A stretch of DNA of 64,000 bases from Macrostomum hystrix (lineage: Eukaryota > Animalia > Platyhelminthes): NCBI GenBank assembly GCA_950097015.1, contig CATNEN010000008.1, positions 2,046,001 to 2,110,000 on the forward strand, read 5' to 3'. Each line of letters opens with the position of its first letter. The stretch's first letter is position 1. The translations under genes and the position numbers were made by a program. Positions 10,561-23,582 of the stretch are shown here, one piece after another. The notes under the pieces were generated by a model that was given only the letters and a program-made list of their open reading frames with translations, was not told where the DNA came from and did not search any database.

Positions 10561-11214
10561 GCTGTTAGGTAACATCCGAGTGTCAGAACCATTGCTTTTT
10601 TATGCTAGTCAGTTTGCGAATATTCTCTACTAAATTGAGAACGTATTATCATGTAGGAATGTTAAAATATTATTTTTTGAGTCATTTCTCGATTTCCGAT
10701 CGTGTGTTTTTAATACTACTTCAATTTAACTTCTGTTTTCTTATTAAAATGTCGTTTTTTTCAAAAGTTTCAAAAATTTTTTTTTCGTAAATTCGCTTCT
10801 CTGATATCTTGGCTTTTTTAAATTGCTTTTTCAAACATTTTTGTCTGCTTTCTTATCGCTTTGGCACGCACCTACAGGTACCTAATAACTGTACTGATAA
10901 CGAACAATGTTCAAATTCGGCAGCATTTTTTGTTATTATCTGCTTGTGCGCTTGCTTGCTTTGTCACTGCTTTAAAATAATTGCCCTGCTATTTGTCTAT
11001 ATTCTTAGCGTACTACTCGCCAGTAGGGTACGTAGCATCGTCTCCACAGCGCACGGGTGCTAATTTACTATTATTATTTAACCTATTTTTACTTACTGTT
11101 TATTACTACTTGAAGTAGTCAAGTTGGCGGTATGTACCTGTATTTTAGCAACTTCCTTATTAACAGCGATACTCTGAGTGATATCGTTGTCAGTTTCTGT
11201 AGCCCTTTGCCCAT

Positions 11215-11350
11215 TGCCACTTTTGACCCTTCCCAGTCATTTTGACCCTTCCCTGCCACTTTTGATTCTTCCCTGCCACTTTTGATTCTTCCCTGCCACT
11301 TTTGACCCTTCCCTGCCACTTTTACCCTTAACTGCCATTTTTGACCCATC
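11215..11350. repeat. Short minisatellite, 20 bp unit (TTTGACCCTTCCCTGCCACT)
   Basis: About 6 tandem copies. Confidence 0.88.
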
Positions 11351-12022
11351 CCTTATTTGACTGTTTCTATAATTTTCAAATCTTCTAGTGCCACTTTTTG
11401 TTATAAACAATCAAATCAAATAAACAATCAAAAATATGCTCGCACTTGACTAAGCGAAAATTCATTTAGACTTGTTTAAACTTTTAACAAATCGTTTTTT
11501 TATAAATGCTTCCTAGTGCTATGAAATTTTCTGCTTCAGGAATTCTGCAAGAAATGTTTGTTGCTTTGTTGTTAAAAGTATATTCGCAATGTCTGCTTAT
11601 TCAATCTCATAGCTGTTTTATGACCAAAATGTAGTTTTTGTTGTTCAACTGCGCTACGCATGTCAGTTTTGAGGAAAATTTTCTGTAAATAAATATTTTC
11701 TTCTGTTGCGAAATTTCTATAGGGTCGTCTTCTCACTGTACATGAGATATTCTTACTGTTGTTGCTTCGGCTTTTTTGCTAATAAATTGTGAATAGTTTT
11801 GGCAGCATGTTTGCTTTAGTGTGCGTCAAGCAAAATAGACCATTGATGAGTTCGATTCTCTAAGCTGTACAAACCAGCCTAGCCAATTATACATTAATTT
11901 ATTGCTTACTACTATTATTACTATTACTGTGACACCGAAGTGAGTTTTTATGAATGGTTTGATGACCAGTTTCATAGATAATCTTCTGCATCTCGTATTG
12001 TTCTTCTGATTATTTTTTTCAC

Positions 12023-12450
12023 TTGTTAGACAGGATGCCTAAGCCTGTTAGACAGGATGCCTAAGCCTGTTAGACAGGATGCCTAAGCCTGTTAGACAGG
12101 ATGCCTAAGCCTGTTAGACAGGATGCCTAAGCCTGTTAGACAGGATGCCTAACCTGTTAGACAGGATGCCTAAGCCTGTTAGACAGGATGCCTAAGCCTG
12201 TTAGACAGGGTGCCTAAGCCTGTTAGACAGGATGCCTAACCTGTTAGACAGGATGCATAACATGTTAGACAGGATGAGTAAACCTGTTAGACAGGATGCC
12301 TAAGCCTGTTAGACAGGATGCCTAAGCCTGTTAGACAGGATGCCTAACCTGTTAGACAGGATGCCTAAGCCTGTTAGACAGGATGCATAACATGTTAGAC
12401 AGGATGAGTAAACCTGTTAGACAGCATGCCTAAACCTGTTAGACAGCATG
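12023..12450. repeat. Minisatellite, 22 bp unit (GTTAGACAGGATGCCTAAGCCT)
   Basis: About 19 tandem copies; shares TGTTAGACA with array 9243-10560. Confidence 0.95.
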
Positions 12451-12887
12451 ATTAGACGTAACAGACAGTGGTACAGAGAAGCCTGTTAGACAGGCCTGAG
12501 TACACTGGTCAGGTTAAAATGCTTAATGAAGGCGCGAGTGGTAATGCCTTTCCTAACTTTCCTGACGCTTCGACTATCTGTTGATATTGGCAACGAGGAG
12601 GGTTAGAGAGTGAAGGCTTTTGAGGCCTGTGCCAAGCCTGTGTACACGCCAGTTCTTTCTATTTAGCACAATGTCCATAGCCTGTCCCTGTCTATATGCC
12701 TCTCTAACCTGCCAAACCATTTTCATAGCTATTTTCCAACTGAATCTCCAATAGAGGAGGGAGAGAAGGAGAGGTGAGTTAAATAGCTTGCCGGGGCGGA
12801 GTCAGCAGGGCAGATTCAGTCCTATTCAAACTGCAATCATAATATTTATAATAGGCTGGCATATTGCTGCATCCAAACTGCTTCATT

Positions 12888-13116
12888 ATGGAGGAAGGCC
12901 CGATCGATATGGCTACAGACTTGGAGAATGGCAAGGCTGAAGCTGACGAGGATAGGCCCGATGGCGAGGGCGAGACTGATGGCGAAGGCGAGGGCGAGGA
13001 GCCGCTGGACGAGCGCCGCAGACGCCAGTCGGAGTCAAATCCCGATTTGAGAAATCGAGACGAATTGGACTTCTCAAGCCAGGGCCTCACAATGGCTCCA
13101 TCGTCCCTGTTTGCTA
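12888..13116 (+). CDS. LRR-Roc-COR (Roco, MFHAS1-like) protein, coding exon 1: acidic N-terminus and first LRR
   Basis: ATG 12888 after acceptor-like ttataatag (12854); ELDFSSQGLTMAPSSLF is LRR-like; donor A|gtgagt. Join 12888-13116,14026-14656,15479-16025,16670-17860,19260-19736 = 3075 nt, 1024 aa. Confidence 0.78.
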
Positions 13117-13254
13117 GTGAGTCTGAGTTTGAGTCTAGTAGCTCACTAGTTTGAGCTTGGGACTTGTGAAAGAGGGGACCGGGTTCGAATCTCAGGAAGG
13201 GATATAAGAAGTCTAGTGGGATTGGGAGAAATTCTTATTTGATTATCTAACCGA

Positions 13255-13890
13255 ATGGGCGAAATCTGATAGAATTGGGAAAATCGATAGGAATAGAAAT
13301 CTGTCAGAATGGGAGAAATCAGACAGAATGGGAGAAATCTGTCAGAATGGGAGAAATCAGACAGAATGGGAGAAATCTGTCAGAATGGAGAAAATCTGAC
13401 GGAAATAGTAGAAATCTTACAGAATAGGAGAAATCTGACAGAATAGGAGAAATCTGACAGAATAGGAGAAATCTGACAGAATGGGAAAATCTGACAGAAT
13501 AGGAGAAATCTGACAGAATGGGAAAATCTGACAGAAAAGGAGAAATCTGACAGAATAGTATAAATCTGACAGAATAGTATAAATCTGACAGAATGGGGGA
13601 AAATCTGACAGAATAGGAGAAATCTGACAGAATAGGAGAAATCTGACAGAATGGGGGAAAATCTGACAGAATAGGAGAAATCTGACAGAATGGGAGAAAT
13701 CTGACAAAATGGGAGAAATCTGACAGAATGGCAAAATCTGACAGAATGGGAGAAATCTGACAGAATGGGAGAAATCTGTCAGAATGGGAGAAATCTGACA
13801 AAATGGGAGAAATCTGACAAAATGGGAGAAATCTGACAGAATGGCAAAATCTGACAGAATGGCAAAATCTGACAGAATGGGAGAAATCTA
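13255..13890. repeat. Intronic minisatellite, 19-20 bp unit (GAGAAATCTGACAGAATGG)
   Basis: Tandem units. Confidence 0.94.
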
Positions 13891-14025
13891 ATTGGATAAG
13901 GAAAAATCTTGTGGGATTAGAAAATATCTGACGGAATCTGGTAAGATTTGACTGATCCCAGACGCGCCAAATCAATAATGCGCAATCCCAACTTTGGAGA
14001 TCCCGCCTTTAATCCTCGCCACCAG

Positions 14026-14656
14026 AAACTCACATCACCGTGCTCAACCTGAGCTCAAACAACATCCGCGGCCTACCGCCTGAGATCAGCCAGCTGAGCT
14101 CTCTCCGCCGCCTCGACCTGAGCAGAAACGGCCTCCGCTGTGCCCATCCGCGCGACTACACCAGCCTGCCGAAGGAGATGGAGACGATGACGGAGCTCCG
14201 GGAGCTTCTGCTGTCGGAGTGCAGCCTCATGCACGTGCCGCCGGCCGTCTGGTCCATCGCCAGCCTGGAGAGGCTGGACATCAGCCGGAATAAAGTCGGC
14301 CTCATTCCGTCCGACATCATGAAGCTGGAAAGGCTGATTTATCTGAACGCCACCCAGACTGGGATAAAAACTCTACCTGAGGAAATAGTCTGCTGCGACG
14401 CTCTCGAATGCCTGCTGCTGTTTGGCAATCCAATCGAATCCCTGCCGGACACCCTGCGCGAGCTGACCCGCCTGCACACGCTGCACATCAACTACCGAGT
14501 GTTCGCTGCCGGCGTGGATGCCGAAACTGACGGCATGCTGCAGAGGCAGCAGCTCGCCTCCGAGCACATCCCCTCCGTGGTGTTCCACATTCCAAGACTG
14601 CTGGAGATCGACCTGGAGGACTGCAAGGTCAACTCGCTGCCTAGGACCCTGACAAG
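14026..14656 (+). CDS. Roco exon 2: leucine-rich repeats
   Basis: Acceptor gccaccag|, phase 1 fits; LxxLxLSxN repeats (LNLSSNNIRGLPPEISQLSSLRRLDLSRN...); donor AG|gtgagg. Confidence 0.93.
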
Positions 14657-14679
14657 GTGAGGCCTGAGGGAATTTTTGA

Positions 14680-15345
14680 GATCTGAGGGGATTTCCTATA
14701 TCTGAGGGGATTTCCTATATCTGAGGGGATTTCCTATATCTGAGGGGATTTCATAGATATGAGGGGATTTCATAGATCTGAGGGGATTTCCTATATCTGA
14801 GGGGATTTCCTATATCTGAGGGGATTTCATAGATATGAGGGGATTTCATAGATCTGAGGGGATTTCATAGATCTGAGGGAATTTCATAGATCTGAGGGGA
14901 TTTGAAAGATCTGAGGGGATTTCATAGATCTGAGGGAATTTCATAGATCTGAGGGGATTTGAAAGATCTGAGGGGATTTCAGAGATCTGAGGGATTTGAA
15001 AGATCTGAGGGGATTTCAGAGATCTGAGGGGATTTCAGAGATCTGAGGGGATTTCAGAGATCTGAGGGATTTGAAAGATCGGAGGGATTTCATTGATACG
15101 AGGGATTTCAGAGATCTGAGGGGATTTCAGAGATCTGAGGGGATTTCAGAGATCTGAGGGGATTTCAGAGATCTGAGGGATTTGAAAGATCGGAGGGATT
15201 TCATTGATACGAGGGGATTTCAGAGATCTGAGGAGACTTTAGAGATCTGAGGGATTTCAGAGATTGAGGGATTTCAGAGATCTGAGGGTATTTAAGAGAT
15301 CTGAAGAGATTTCGTAGATTTTTGGGATTTTAGAAACCTGAGGGG
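14680..15345. repeat. Intronic minisatellite, 19-20 bp unit (GATCTGAGGGGATTTCA(G/T)A)
   Basis: Tandem units beginning about 20 bp after the donor. Confidence 0.94.
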
Positions 15346-15478
15346 ATGTTCTGTACCTGTTCCGCGCCCGCTCTATTTACCCCTCAATCTAGTGGGATTA
15401 TTTAGGTCTGAGTGGATTGTTCAAGCAGTTTTACTGTTCCACAGGCAATGCTGCTAATCCATTGTCTCTCTTGTTCAG

Positions 15479-16025
15479 ATCCCTGGTCGAGCTGAACATT
15501 GCGTCAAACTACTTCCCGGCCTTCCCTGATGCGGTCTGCTCATTGCGCAACCTGACTGTGCTGGACATCTCGCGCAACGGATTCAAGACCCTGCCGCCGG
15601 CGCTGAAGGATCTCCGCAGCCTGCGGGTCCTCCTGGCTCGCAATAATCAGCTGACGTTTGTTGACTCGGTCGCCGAGCTTTGCGAACTTGAACGGCTGGA
15701 CCTCGGCTACAACTGCATCGTGAAACTGCCAGACAATATTGGCCAGTTGGAGAAGCTTACCGCACTTCTGCTGCCCAACAACCGCTTGGAGACTCTGCCG
15801 CATTCGCTGTGTGGCCTCGGCAATAGGCTTCGAACTCTCGACCTCACTGGCAATCGGCTGACATCGGTTCCGCCCGAGATGGCCGGCCTTGTAGGCCTGG
15901 ACAATGCGCACCAGTTCAGCGGACTGTTCAAGCGGGGTCTGTGGCTGCACAATAATCCCATCGATAAGCCGCCGCCGAAGGTGTGGAACACTTGGGATCC
16001 GGCTAAGATTTGGGCTTACATGCAG
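15479..16025 (+). CDS. Roco exon 3: leucine-rich repeats and LRR C-cap
   Basis: Acceptor ctcttgttcag|, phase 2 fits; LRRs ending LWLHNNPIDKPPPKVW..AKIWAYMQ, typical of the LRR-to-Roc hinge; donor CAG|gtgagg. Confidence 0.93.
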
Positions 16026-16159
16026 GTGAGGCGTTTGGGTTGATCTACTGCTCTGCCTGAATGTACTCGCTGATCCGATTTTCTTCGCCAGTCTTAGATC
16101 GGATGGAAAGCTAGCCTCCATCTTACTGTCCTCCTTCCCCTTTCCTCTAACAAACCATT

Positions 16160-16495
16160 TCTACCTCTCGCTCTCGCTCTCCATCTCCATCTCCCTCTCC
16201 CTCTCCCTCTCCTTTTCCCTCTCTCTCCTTTTCCCTCTCCCTCTCCTTTTCCCTCTCCCTCTCCTTTTCCCTCTCTCTCCTTTTCCCTCTCCCTCTCCTT
16301 TTCCCTCTCCCTCTCCCTCTCCTTTTCCCTCTCCCTCTCCTTTTCCCTCTCCCTCTCCTTTTCCCTCTCCCTCTCCTTTTCCCTCTCCCTCTCCTTTTCC
16401 CTCTCCCTCTCCTTTTCCCTCTCCCTCTCCTTTTCCCTCTCCCTCTCCTTTTCCCTCTCTCTCTCTCCCTCTCCCTATCCCTCTCCCTCTCTAAC
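16160..16495. repeat. Intronic polypyrimidine minisatellite, 18 bp unit (CCCTCTCCTTTTCCCTCT)
   Basis: Tandem CT-only units. Confidence 0.93.
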
Positions 16496-16669
16496 TTCAT
16501 CTCCATCTATATCTTCCTCTCACCCTCCTCTAGGTCCTCTCAATTTGAAGTTAATAGCTCTACTGCAAGTAGTCAGTTGGCAATGGTCTCAACGGTCTCA
16601 AATAGCAGAAATATTTTCAAAAGCTGATAAATCCCGCCATCGAATGGCCTCTCATTTCCTCATTCCCAG

Positions 16670-17860
16670 CGCATGGAGATTCAGAACGCGCCGAAGCTGC
16701 GGCCTTGCAAGCTGGTCCTTCTTGGCGACCAGTCGTGCGGCAAGACCTCCTTGGGCCGGCTGCTCCGGCTGGGCCGCCCGGCCCCAACCCAACCGGATGG
16801 AACCGGTTTCACGCGCGGCTTCGAGTTCAGCAGCTGGGTCTCGGAGAATCGCTGCCCTTTTGTCCTGCTGGAAGTGGCCGGGCATGAAATCTTTGCTCCG
16901 CTGCTGGCTAAACTCCTGGATCCCAAGGCTTTGCATTGCGTTGTCTTTGACATCGCCGAATATCAGCGAGTCGGCTTCGAGGTCGTCAGCCAGTGGCTCA
17001 GATTATTGGCCGCTCACCTGCCAGGCGCCCGGGTTCAACTGATTGGCGCCAAGCTGGACACCGTTGCCATGGCTACGGAAACAACGGCGGATGATTCGCA
17101 AATCGAATTGTCGGAAGTTGAAGCGGCCGCCGCAGAGACGGAGGCCGCGGCGGAGGGCCTGGAACGCCTTCGAGACAGCCTGGAGGAGGACCTAAACCGC
17201 TGCTTGGCTCAGCTGGCTTCGGAAGGCTCCGCAGTCGGGGATTCGACTCTGCGGCTCCAGCCGCGGATTCACCTGCTGTCCTCGGTTGGCTCGCCAGCTC
17301 AGCCCGACCTCCTGGCTCTGCGCGAAGATCTTGAAAGGTTGAGCGCTAGCAAGGAGCTGATGCCGCACCTGCAGAAGTATGTGCCAACCAACTGGAAGCC
17401 ATTCATGGAGCAGGTCAAGCAGCAGCCGGGACTCTACCTGGAGTGGGACTGGCTGGTTGAATTCGCCGACGAGCGCAACATCCGGGACGCTCAACTGACC
17501 GACTGTCTGGAATTCTACCACGAGAGCGGCCAGCTGTTGTGGCTCCGTCGGCATCAGCGACTTCGCGGCTTCGTGTTTCACCGGTTGGAACGCCTGGCCG
17601 ACTACCTCGGCCGCCTGCTGCCCGTCAGCTTGGCCGAATTTCTCGCCGACTACGAGACCAGCGCGCTGTTCAGGGCCTGCGGCAGACTGTCGGCAGCGGA
17701 GTTCGCCGAGGCGCGCGAGGCCGCCTTAGGGCGCGGCCAGATCTCCTGGCCGTTGGTTCGATGCCTGGCCTTCGGTCGGGGCGGCGATCGGCAGGCCCTG
17801 GTGGAGGCGCTGCACTGCCTCGAGCTGCTGGAGCTGGCCTGCTGCACCATGCCGCCACAG
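16670..17860 (+). CDS. Roco exon 4: Roc GTPase domain and COR-A
   Basis: Acceptor cattcccag|; P-loop LVLLGDQSCGKTS, switch I TRG, G3-equivalent LLEVAGH, VVFD, G4-like IGAKLD; COR-like LEFYHESGQLLW, FVFH; donor CAG|gtaatt. Confidence 0.92.
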
Positions 17861-17929
17861 GTAATTCAGATTTTTTTCCTCTTTTAAAGCTTTCGGTTTT
17901 GGAGTAATTTCGGTTCCCAAATATTTCCA

Positions 17930-18170
17930 GTTTCAGAGTATTTTCGGATTCGGAGTATTTTCGGATTCGGAGTATTTTCGGTTTCCCGAGTATTTTCGGT
18001 TTCCGAGTATTTTCGGATTCGGAGTATTTTCGGTTTCGGAGTATCTTCGGATTCAGAGTATTTTCGGTTTCGGAGTATTTTCGGATTCGGAGTATTTCTA
18101 GTTTCGGAAAATTTTCAGTTTCGGAGTATTTTCGGATTTGGAGTATCTTAAGGTTTCGGAGAATTTCCGA
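17930..18170. repeat. Intronic minisatellite, 17 bp unit (GGAGTATTTTCGG(A/T)TTC)
   Basis: Tandem units. Confidence 0.9.
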
Positions 18171-18666
18171 ATTCGGACAATCATCAATTTCAAATCTTTT
18201 TTTTTAGTTTCAAAGTGGAGAATTTTCGGTTTCAATCTACCCTCGTACATTTCATATTGGAGGGGAAATTTTATGAATTTATTTTCTCTAATATTCGAAT
18301 ATTTACATTTTTTAGTCTCTTTTTTACAATAAAATTGTTCAAGCCGTAAAATATTTATTCACAACTGTCGGATACTGTTGTCAGGGACTCAGGACTCAGC
18401 GGATGAAATGCGGGCCATGCGATTGCATGCGGGCTTCAGGGCGAGACCGGTTGGGTGTATATCCCGTAATCTGCCTGAGTCTAGGCAGTTTGCTTGTACA
18501 TTAATCAAGTAAATATGCTGGCGATGATGGCTTTAGAAAAATTTCCTATCTCTTTTTCTTGAAAACTGATAGGTTAATTGCCTAGAGGATAAAGAAATTC
18601 TGATTGTAGACAATTATTCTCGTGCCTCAGGTGTGCATATAAGCATATGCATACTAATAATCATAC

Positions 18667-19160
18667 ACTTCAGTGACTGTTCTGAGACTTCAGGGACCCG
18701 AAACCCACAGACTTCAGTGACTGTCCTGAGACTTCAGGGACCCAAAACCCACAGACTTCAGTGACTGTCCTGAGACTTCAGGGACCCGAAACCCACAGAC
18801 TTCAGTGACTGTCCTGAGACTTCAGGGACCCGAAACCCACAGACTTCAGTGACTGTCCTGAGACTTCAGGGACCCGAAACCCACAGACTTCAGTGACTGT
18901 CCTGAGACTTCAGGGACCCGAAACCCACAGACGTCAGTGACTGTCCTGAGACTTCAGGGACCCGAAACCCACAAACTTCAGTGACTGTCCTGAGACTTCA
19001 GGGACCCGAAACCCACAGACGTCAGTGACTGTCCTGAGACTTCAGGGACCCAAAACCCACAGACGTCAGTGACTGTCCTGAGACTTCAGGGACCCGAAAC
19101 CCACAGACGTCAGTGACTGTCCTGAGACTTCAGGACCCGAAACCCACAGACTTCAGGGAC
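18667..19160. repeat. Intronic minisatellite, 44 bp unit (CAGACTTCAGTGACTGTCCTGAGACTTCAGGGACCCGAAACCCA), ~11 copies
   Basis: Near-identical tandem units, no spacers. Confidence 0.95.
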
Positions 19161-19259
19161 TGAAATACATGGAAACCCTGATACTAAGAAACAAATTATT
19201 TTTTCTTGAAAAAGCTCTCCATAGAAGAAAGTAAGAAGTGCAAACAACCATTCAACCAG

Positions 19260-19736
19260 ATTCCGCAGCCGGGTTTGCACATCCGTCCAGTGCTGACCGT
19301 GCCGCGTCTAATCGATCCGCGATTCGCCAGCAACCAATCAGGAGGCGAGGAGCGGGAGGATTTCGTTGACACCTGGCGGTCTGTCTCAGCCGGCTGCCCG
19401 CACGCCGGCCGTGCTCGCCTGAGGGTTCAGCCACCGGGTGCGCCAGCGCCTCCCGCTTTGTTCGCCTGCCTGTCAGCGGCCCTGCATTCGGCCATCAGCT
19501 GGCGAATCGATTGGCGAGTTGGTCGACTCATCGGCGAGCTAGATCACTGCCTGCTGGCTGTCACGGAGGTAGACGCCGACGAGGCAGATTTGAGCAGCGG
19601 AATCGACTTTGAGCTGGCCTCCCAGAGTGCCGTGAAGCTGCAGTCAGTGGCCGACTGGCTGGCCAAATATGCAGAAGAGTTAAGAGACTTTGCACCGGGA
19701 GTTCAATGGCGATTTGAGGTTGACTTGGCCGCCTGA
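19260..19736 (+). CDS. Roco exon 5 (terminal): COR-B
   Basis: Acceptor attcaaccag|, phase 0; ends ELRDFAPGVQWRFEV, resembling the COR C-terminal '..FPG' segment; TGA 19734-19736; no kinase exon follows. Confidence 0.8.
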   Translation: MPQPGLHIRPVLTVPRLIDPRFASNQSGGEEREDFVDTWRSVSAGCPHAGRARLRVQPPGAPAPPALFACLSAALHSAISWRIDWRVGRLIGELDHCLLAVTEVDADEADLSSGIDFELASQSAVKLQSVADWLAKYAEELRDFAPGVQWRFEVDLAA

Positions 19737-19774
19737 GTCACTGCTATTGTTGCTGTTGGGTCCTTTTCACGATT

Positions 19775-20570
19775 TTCCCAATCTGGAATCTTCCCAATCT
19801 GGAATCTTCCCAATATGGAATCTTCCCAATCTGGAATCTTCCCATCTAGAATCTTCCCAATCTGAAAGCTTCCCAATCTGGAATCTACCCAATCTGGAAT
19901 CTTCCCAAGCTGGAATCTTCCCCAATCTGGAATCTTCCCAATATGGAATCTTCCCAATCTGGAATCTTCCCATCTAGAATCTTCCCAATCTGAAAGCTTC
20001 CCAATCTGGAATCTACCCAATCTGGAATCTTCCCAAGCTGGAATCTTCCCCAATCTGAAAGCTTCCCAATCTGGAATCTACCCAATCTGGAATCTTCCCA
20101 GTCTGGAATCTACCCAATCTGAAAGCTTCCCAATCTGGAATCTACCCAATCTGGAATCTTCCCAAGCTGGAATCTTCCCAATCTGGAATCTTCCTATCTG
20201 GAATCTTCCCTAATCTGGAATCTTCCCCAATCTGGAATCTTCCCAATCTGAAAGCTTCCCAATCTGGAATTTACCCAATCTGGAATCTTCCCAAGCTGGA
20301 ATCTTCCCAATCTGGAATCTTCCTATCTGGAATCTTCCCCAATCTGGAATCTTCCCCAATCTGGAATCTTCCCAATCTGAAAGCTTCCCAATCTGGAATC
20401 TACCCAATCTGAAAGCTTCCCAATCTGGAATCTTCCCAATCTGAAAGCTTCCCAATCTGGAATCTTCCCAATCTGAAAGCTTCCCAATCTGGAATCTACC
20501 CAATCTGGAATCTTCCCAATCTGAAAGCTTCTCACGCTAGAATCTTCCCAATATTGAATCTTCCCAATTG
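19775..20570. repeat. Minisatellite, 16-17 bp unit (CCCAATCTGGAATCTT)
   Basis: Tandem units starting about 40 bp after the Roco stop. Confidence 0.95.
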
Positions 20571-21064
20571 AAAATTATCTGTTGTGTTATGAAGGTCGTG
20601 CAACGGTCCTATTTTTGTAGCTGATGTACTTTAGCCGTGTACTATTACTGTTTTTTAAGGTTTTTATGTCTGCAGACTAGCAAGGATTTGTTTATAACTT
20701 TTTGCTGTTTTCAAACCAAATAAAGATAGCTCACGTTGGTCGCTAGTTCGTTTCTAGAACTGTTCTAACACAAAAAGCTCAGATCCTATCAACTACTCAA
20801 CATTGTTTAATTTGGGAATTCAAAACCAAGCCGCTATTTCCCTAGCGGGCAGATCGAAATACTGAGTTTACAAACAACAGATTTTAGGCTAAGATCAGAT
20901 TTTTTGTAGAGATAAAGCCAAGTTCGCAGTAGATTTGCTTGTGGCTCAACTTTCGCCGAGAGAAAAAGTTAGTAAATACTGAACAGGTGTTGTCGATTCC
21001 GCAAATCTGCGAATTTTGACATGGATCTGCTCCGAAGGAGTGACAGAAAGTGAGAGAGCGAATA

Positions 21065-21805
21065 GAGTGACGGAGGGGTAGAACGAGTGAGGTAGTGAGG
21101 GAGAGAGTAAGAGACAGAGGAGGGTAGAACGAGTGAGGTAGTGAGGGAGAGAGTAAGAGACAGAGGAGGGTAGAACGAGGGAGGTAGTGAGGGAGACAGA
21201 AAGAGACAGAGGAGGGTAGAACGAGTGAGGTAGTGAGGGAGACAGAAAGAGACAGAGGAGGGTAGAACGAGTGAGGTAGTGAGGGAGAGAGTAAGAGACA
21301 GAGGAGGGTAGAACGAGTGAGGTAGTGAGGGAGACAGAAAGAGACAGAGGAGGGTAGAACGAGTGAGGTAGTGAGGGAGAGAGTAAGAGACAGAGGAGGG
21401 TAGAACGAGTGAGGTAGTGAGGGAGGGAGTAAGAGACAGAGGAGGGTAGAACGAGTGAGGTAGTGAGGGAGAGAGTAAGAGACAGAGGAGGGTAGAACGA
21501 GTGAGGTAGTGAGGGAGGGAGTAAGAGACAGAGGAGGGTAGAACGAGTGAGGTAGTGAGGGAGAGAGTAAGAGACAGAGGAGGGTAGAACGAGTGAGGTA
21601 GTGAGGGAGAGAGTAAGAGACAGAGGAGGGTAGAACGAGTGAGGTAGTGAGGGAGAGAGTAAGAGACAGAGGAGGGTAGAACGAGTGAGGTAGTGAGGGA
21701 GGGAGTAAGAGACAGAGGAGGGTAGAACGAGTGAGGTAGTGAGGGAGGGAGTAAGAGACAGAGGAGGGTAGAACGAGGGAGGTAGTGAGGGAGGGAGAAG
21801 AGAGG
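21065..21805. repeat. Purine-rich minisatellite, 46 bp unit (GAGGAGGGTAGAACGAGTGAGGTAGTGAGGGAGAGAGTAAGAGACA), ~16 copies
   Basis: Tandem units. Confidence 0.96.
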
Positions 21806-22177
21806 AGTGAAAGAGAAAAGTTAATGCAAAGGAATGCCGCACTGCAAAACCAACTTTCAGCGCCACTCCATGGAAACGAAAAAAATAGGGAGATCATAGT
21901 TAAAATCGGTGAATTGAGTATTGACTTATCGTATTTTACTGTACATTAAATTTTTTCAACTAACCTTGTATCAACCATGTGTGCCTAAAATTGTCAATAA
22001 GTTATGTTTGATTAGCCATAACATTACCTGAACTGAACACAGTTGGCCTGAGGTCACCATGCTGAAATGTTTACTTATCCCTTGTAGCTAGTTGTGGGAT
22101 TTCCAAGAGATTTTTTAGGAGTTCCAAAACTTAAAAAATGTTTTTTTTGTTGTCTGCAAGCTACAGGTCAGCATTAA

Positions 22178-22748
22178 CTCAGGACCCTCAGGGACTGCAG
22201 TAGAATCCCTTCAGGACCCTCAGGGACTGCAGTAGAATCCCTTCAGGACCCTCAGGGACTGAAGTAGAATCACTTCAGGACCCTCAGAGACTGCAATAGA
22301 ACCACTTCAGGACCCTCAGAGACTGCAGTAGAATCACTTCAGGACCCTCAGAGACTGCAGTAGAATCACTTCAGGACCCTCAGAGACTGCAGTAGAATCA
22401 CTTCAGGACCCTCAGAGACTGCAGTAGAATCACTTCAGGACCCTCAGAGACTGCAATAGAACCACTTCAGGACCCTCAGGGACTGCAGTAGAATCACTTC
22501 AGGACCCTTAGAGACTGCAGTAGAATCACTTCAGGACCCTCAGAGACTGCAATTGAACCACTTCAGGACCCTCAGAGACTGCAGTAGCATCACTTCAGAC
22601 TTCAGGACCTTTAGAGACTGCAGTAGAATCACCTCAGGACCCTCAGGGACTGCAGTTGCATCACTTCAGGGCCCTCAGGGACTGCAGTTGCATCACTTCA
22701 GGGCCCTCAGGGACTGCAGTTGCATCACTTCAGGACCCTCAGGGACTG
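22178..22748. repeat. Minisatellite, 32 bp unit (TCAGGACCCTCAGAGACTGCAGTAGAATCACT)
   Basis: About 17 tandem copies. Confidence 0.95.
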
Positions 22749-23204
22749 AGGTCGAATCAGATTGTCATATATTTTTTATAGAATTAATTGCATTAATCGC
22801 AAAGCCTCAATATTGTAGTCTTTATTGTAGCCAGAAAAACTTTAACTTCAAAGGAAAGCCAATGAACTAGTTGGCAGACTAAGTTAGCTAGTCACACTTT
22901 TTGGTTATCCGTTCTGTCTTGAAATTCTATGAAAACTTCTTTTTAAAAAATAGAGAAAAAAGACTAGCAGAATTTTGGAATTGATTAGTCTGACCTAGAA
23001 CAGGTGCAACTTTGCCACCCGCCTTTGAAAATTTTATTTTTGAAAGCATCTGCGGATCAGATACCCCATTCCAGTCACACAAAACTGCCTTTAATTCAAT
23101 TAATTAGCGAAGCAATTCTGGGTAAAGATATTTTTTAAATCTTGTTCTACCTTTGATAGGAAAACTTGCACGACTATCATTGACTTTGTCCTTTTCGAGT
23201 TATT

Positions 23205-23233
23205 CATTGACTGATTGATTGATTGATTAATTA

Positions 23234-23284
<51 letters not shown>

Positions 23285-23385
23285 AATTGATTAATTGATT
23301 GGTTGATTGGTTCATTGATCGATTGATTGATTGGTTTATTGATTGATTAATTGATTGATTAATTGGTTTAATGAATAATTGATTA

Positions 23386-23418
<33 letters not shown>

Positions 23419-23547
23419 ATGAATGAATGAATATTGGTTGATTGATTGATAGATACATAGGTACATAGATACATAGATAGATAGATAGATTGATTGATAG
23501 ATTGATTGATTGAATGATTGAATGAATGAATATTGGTTGATTGATTA

Positions 23548-23582
<35 letters not shown>

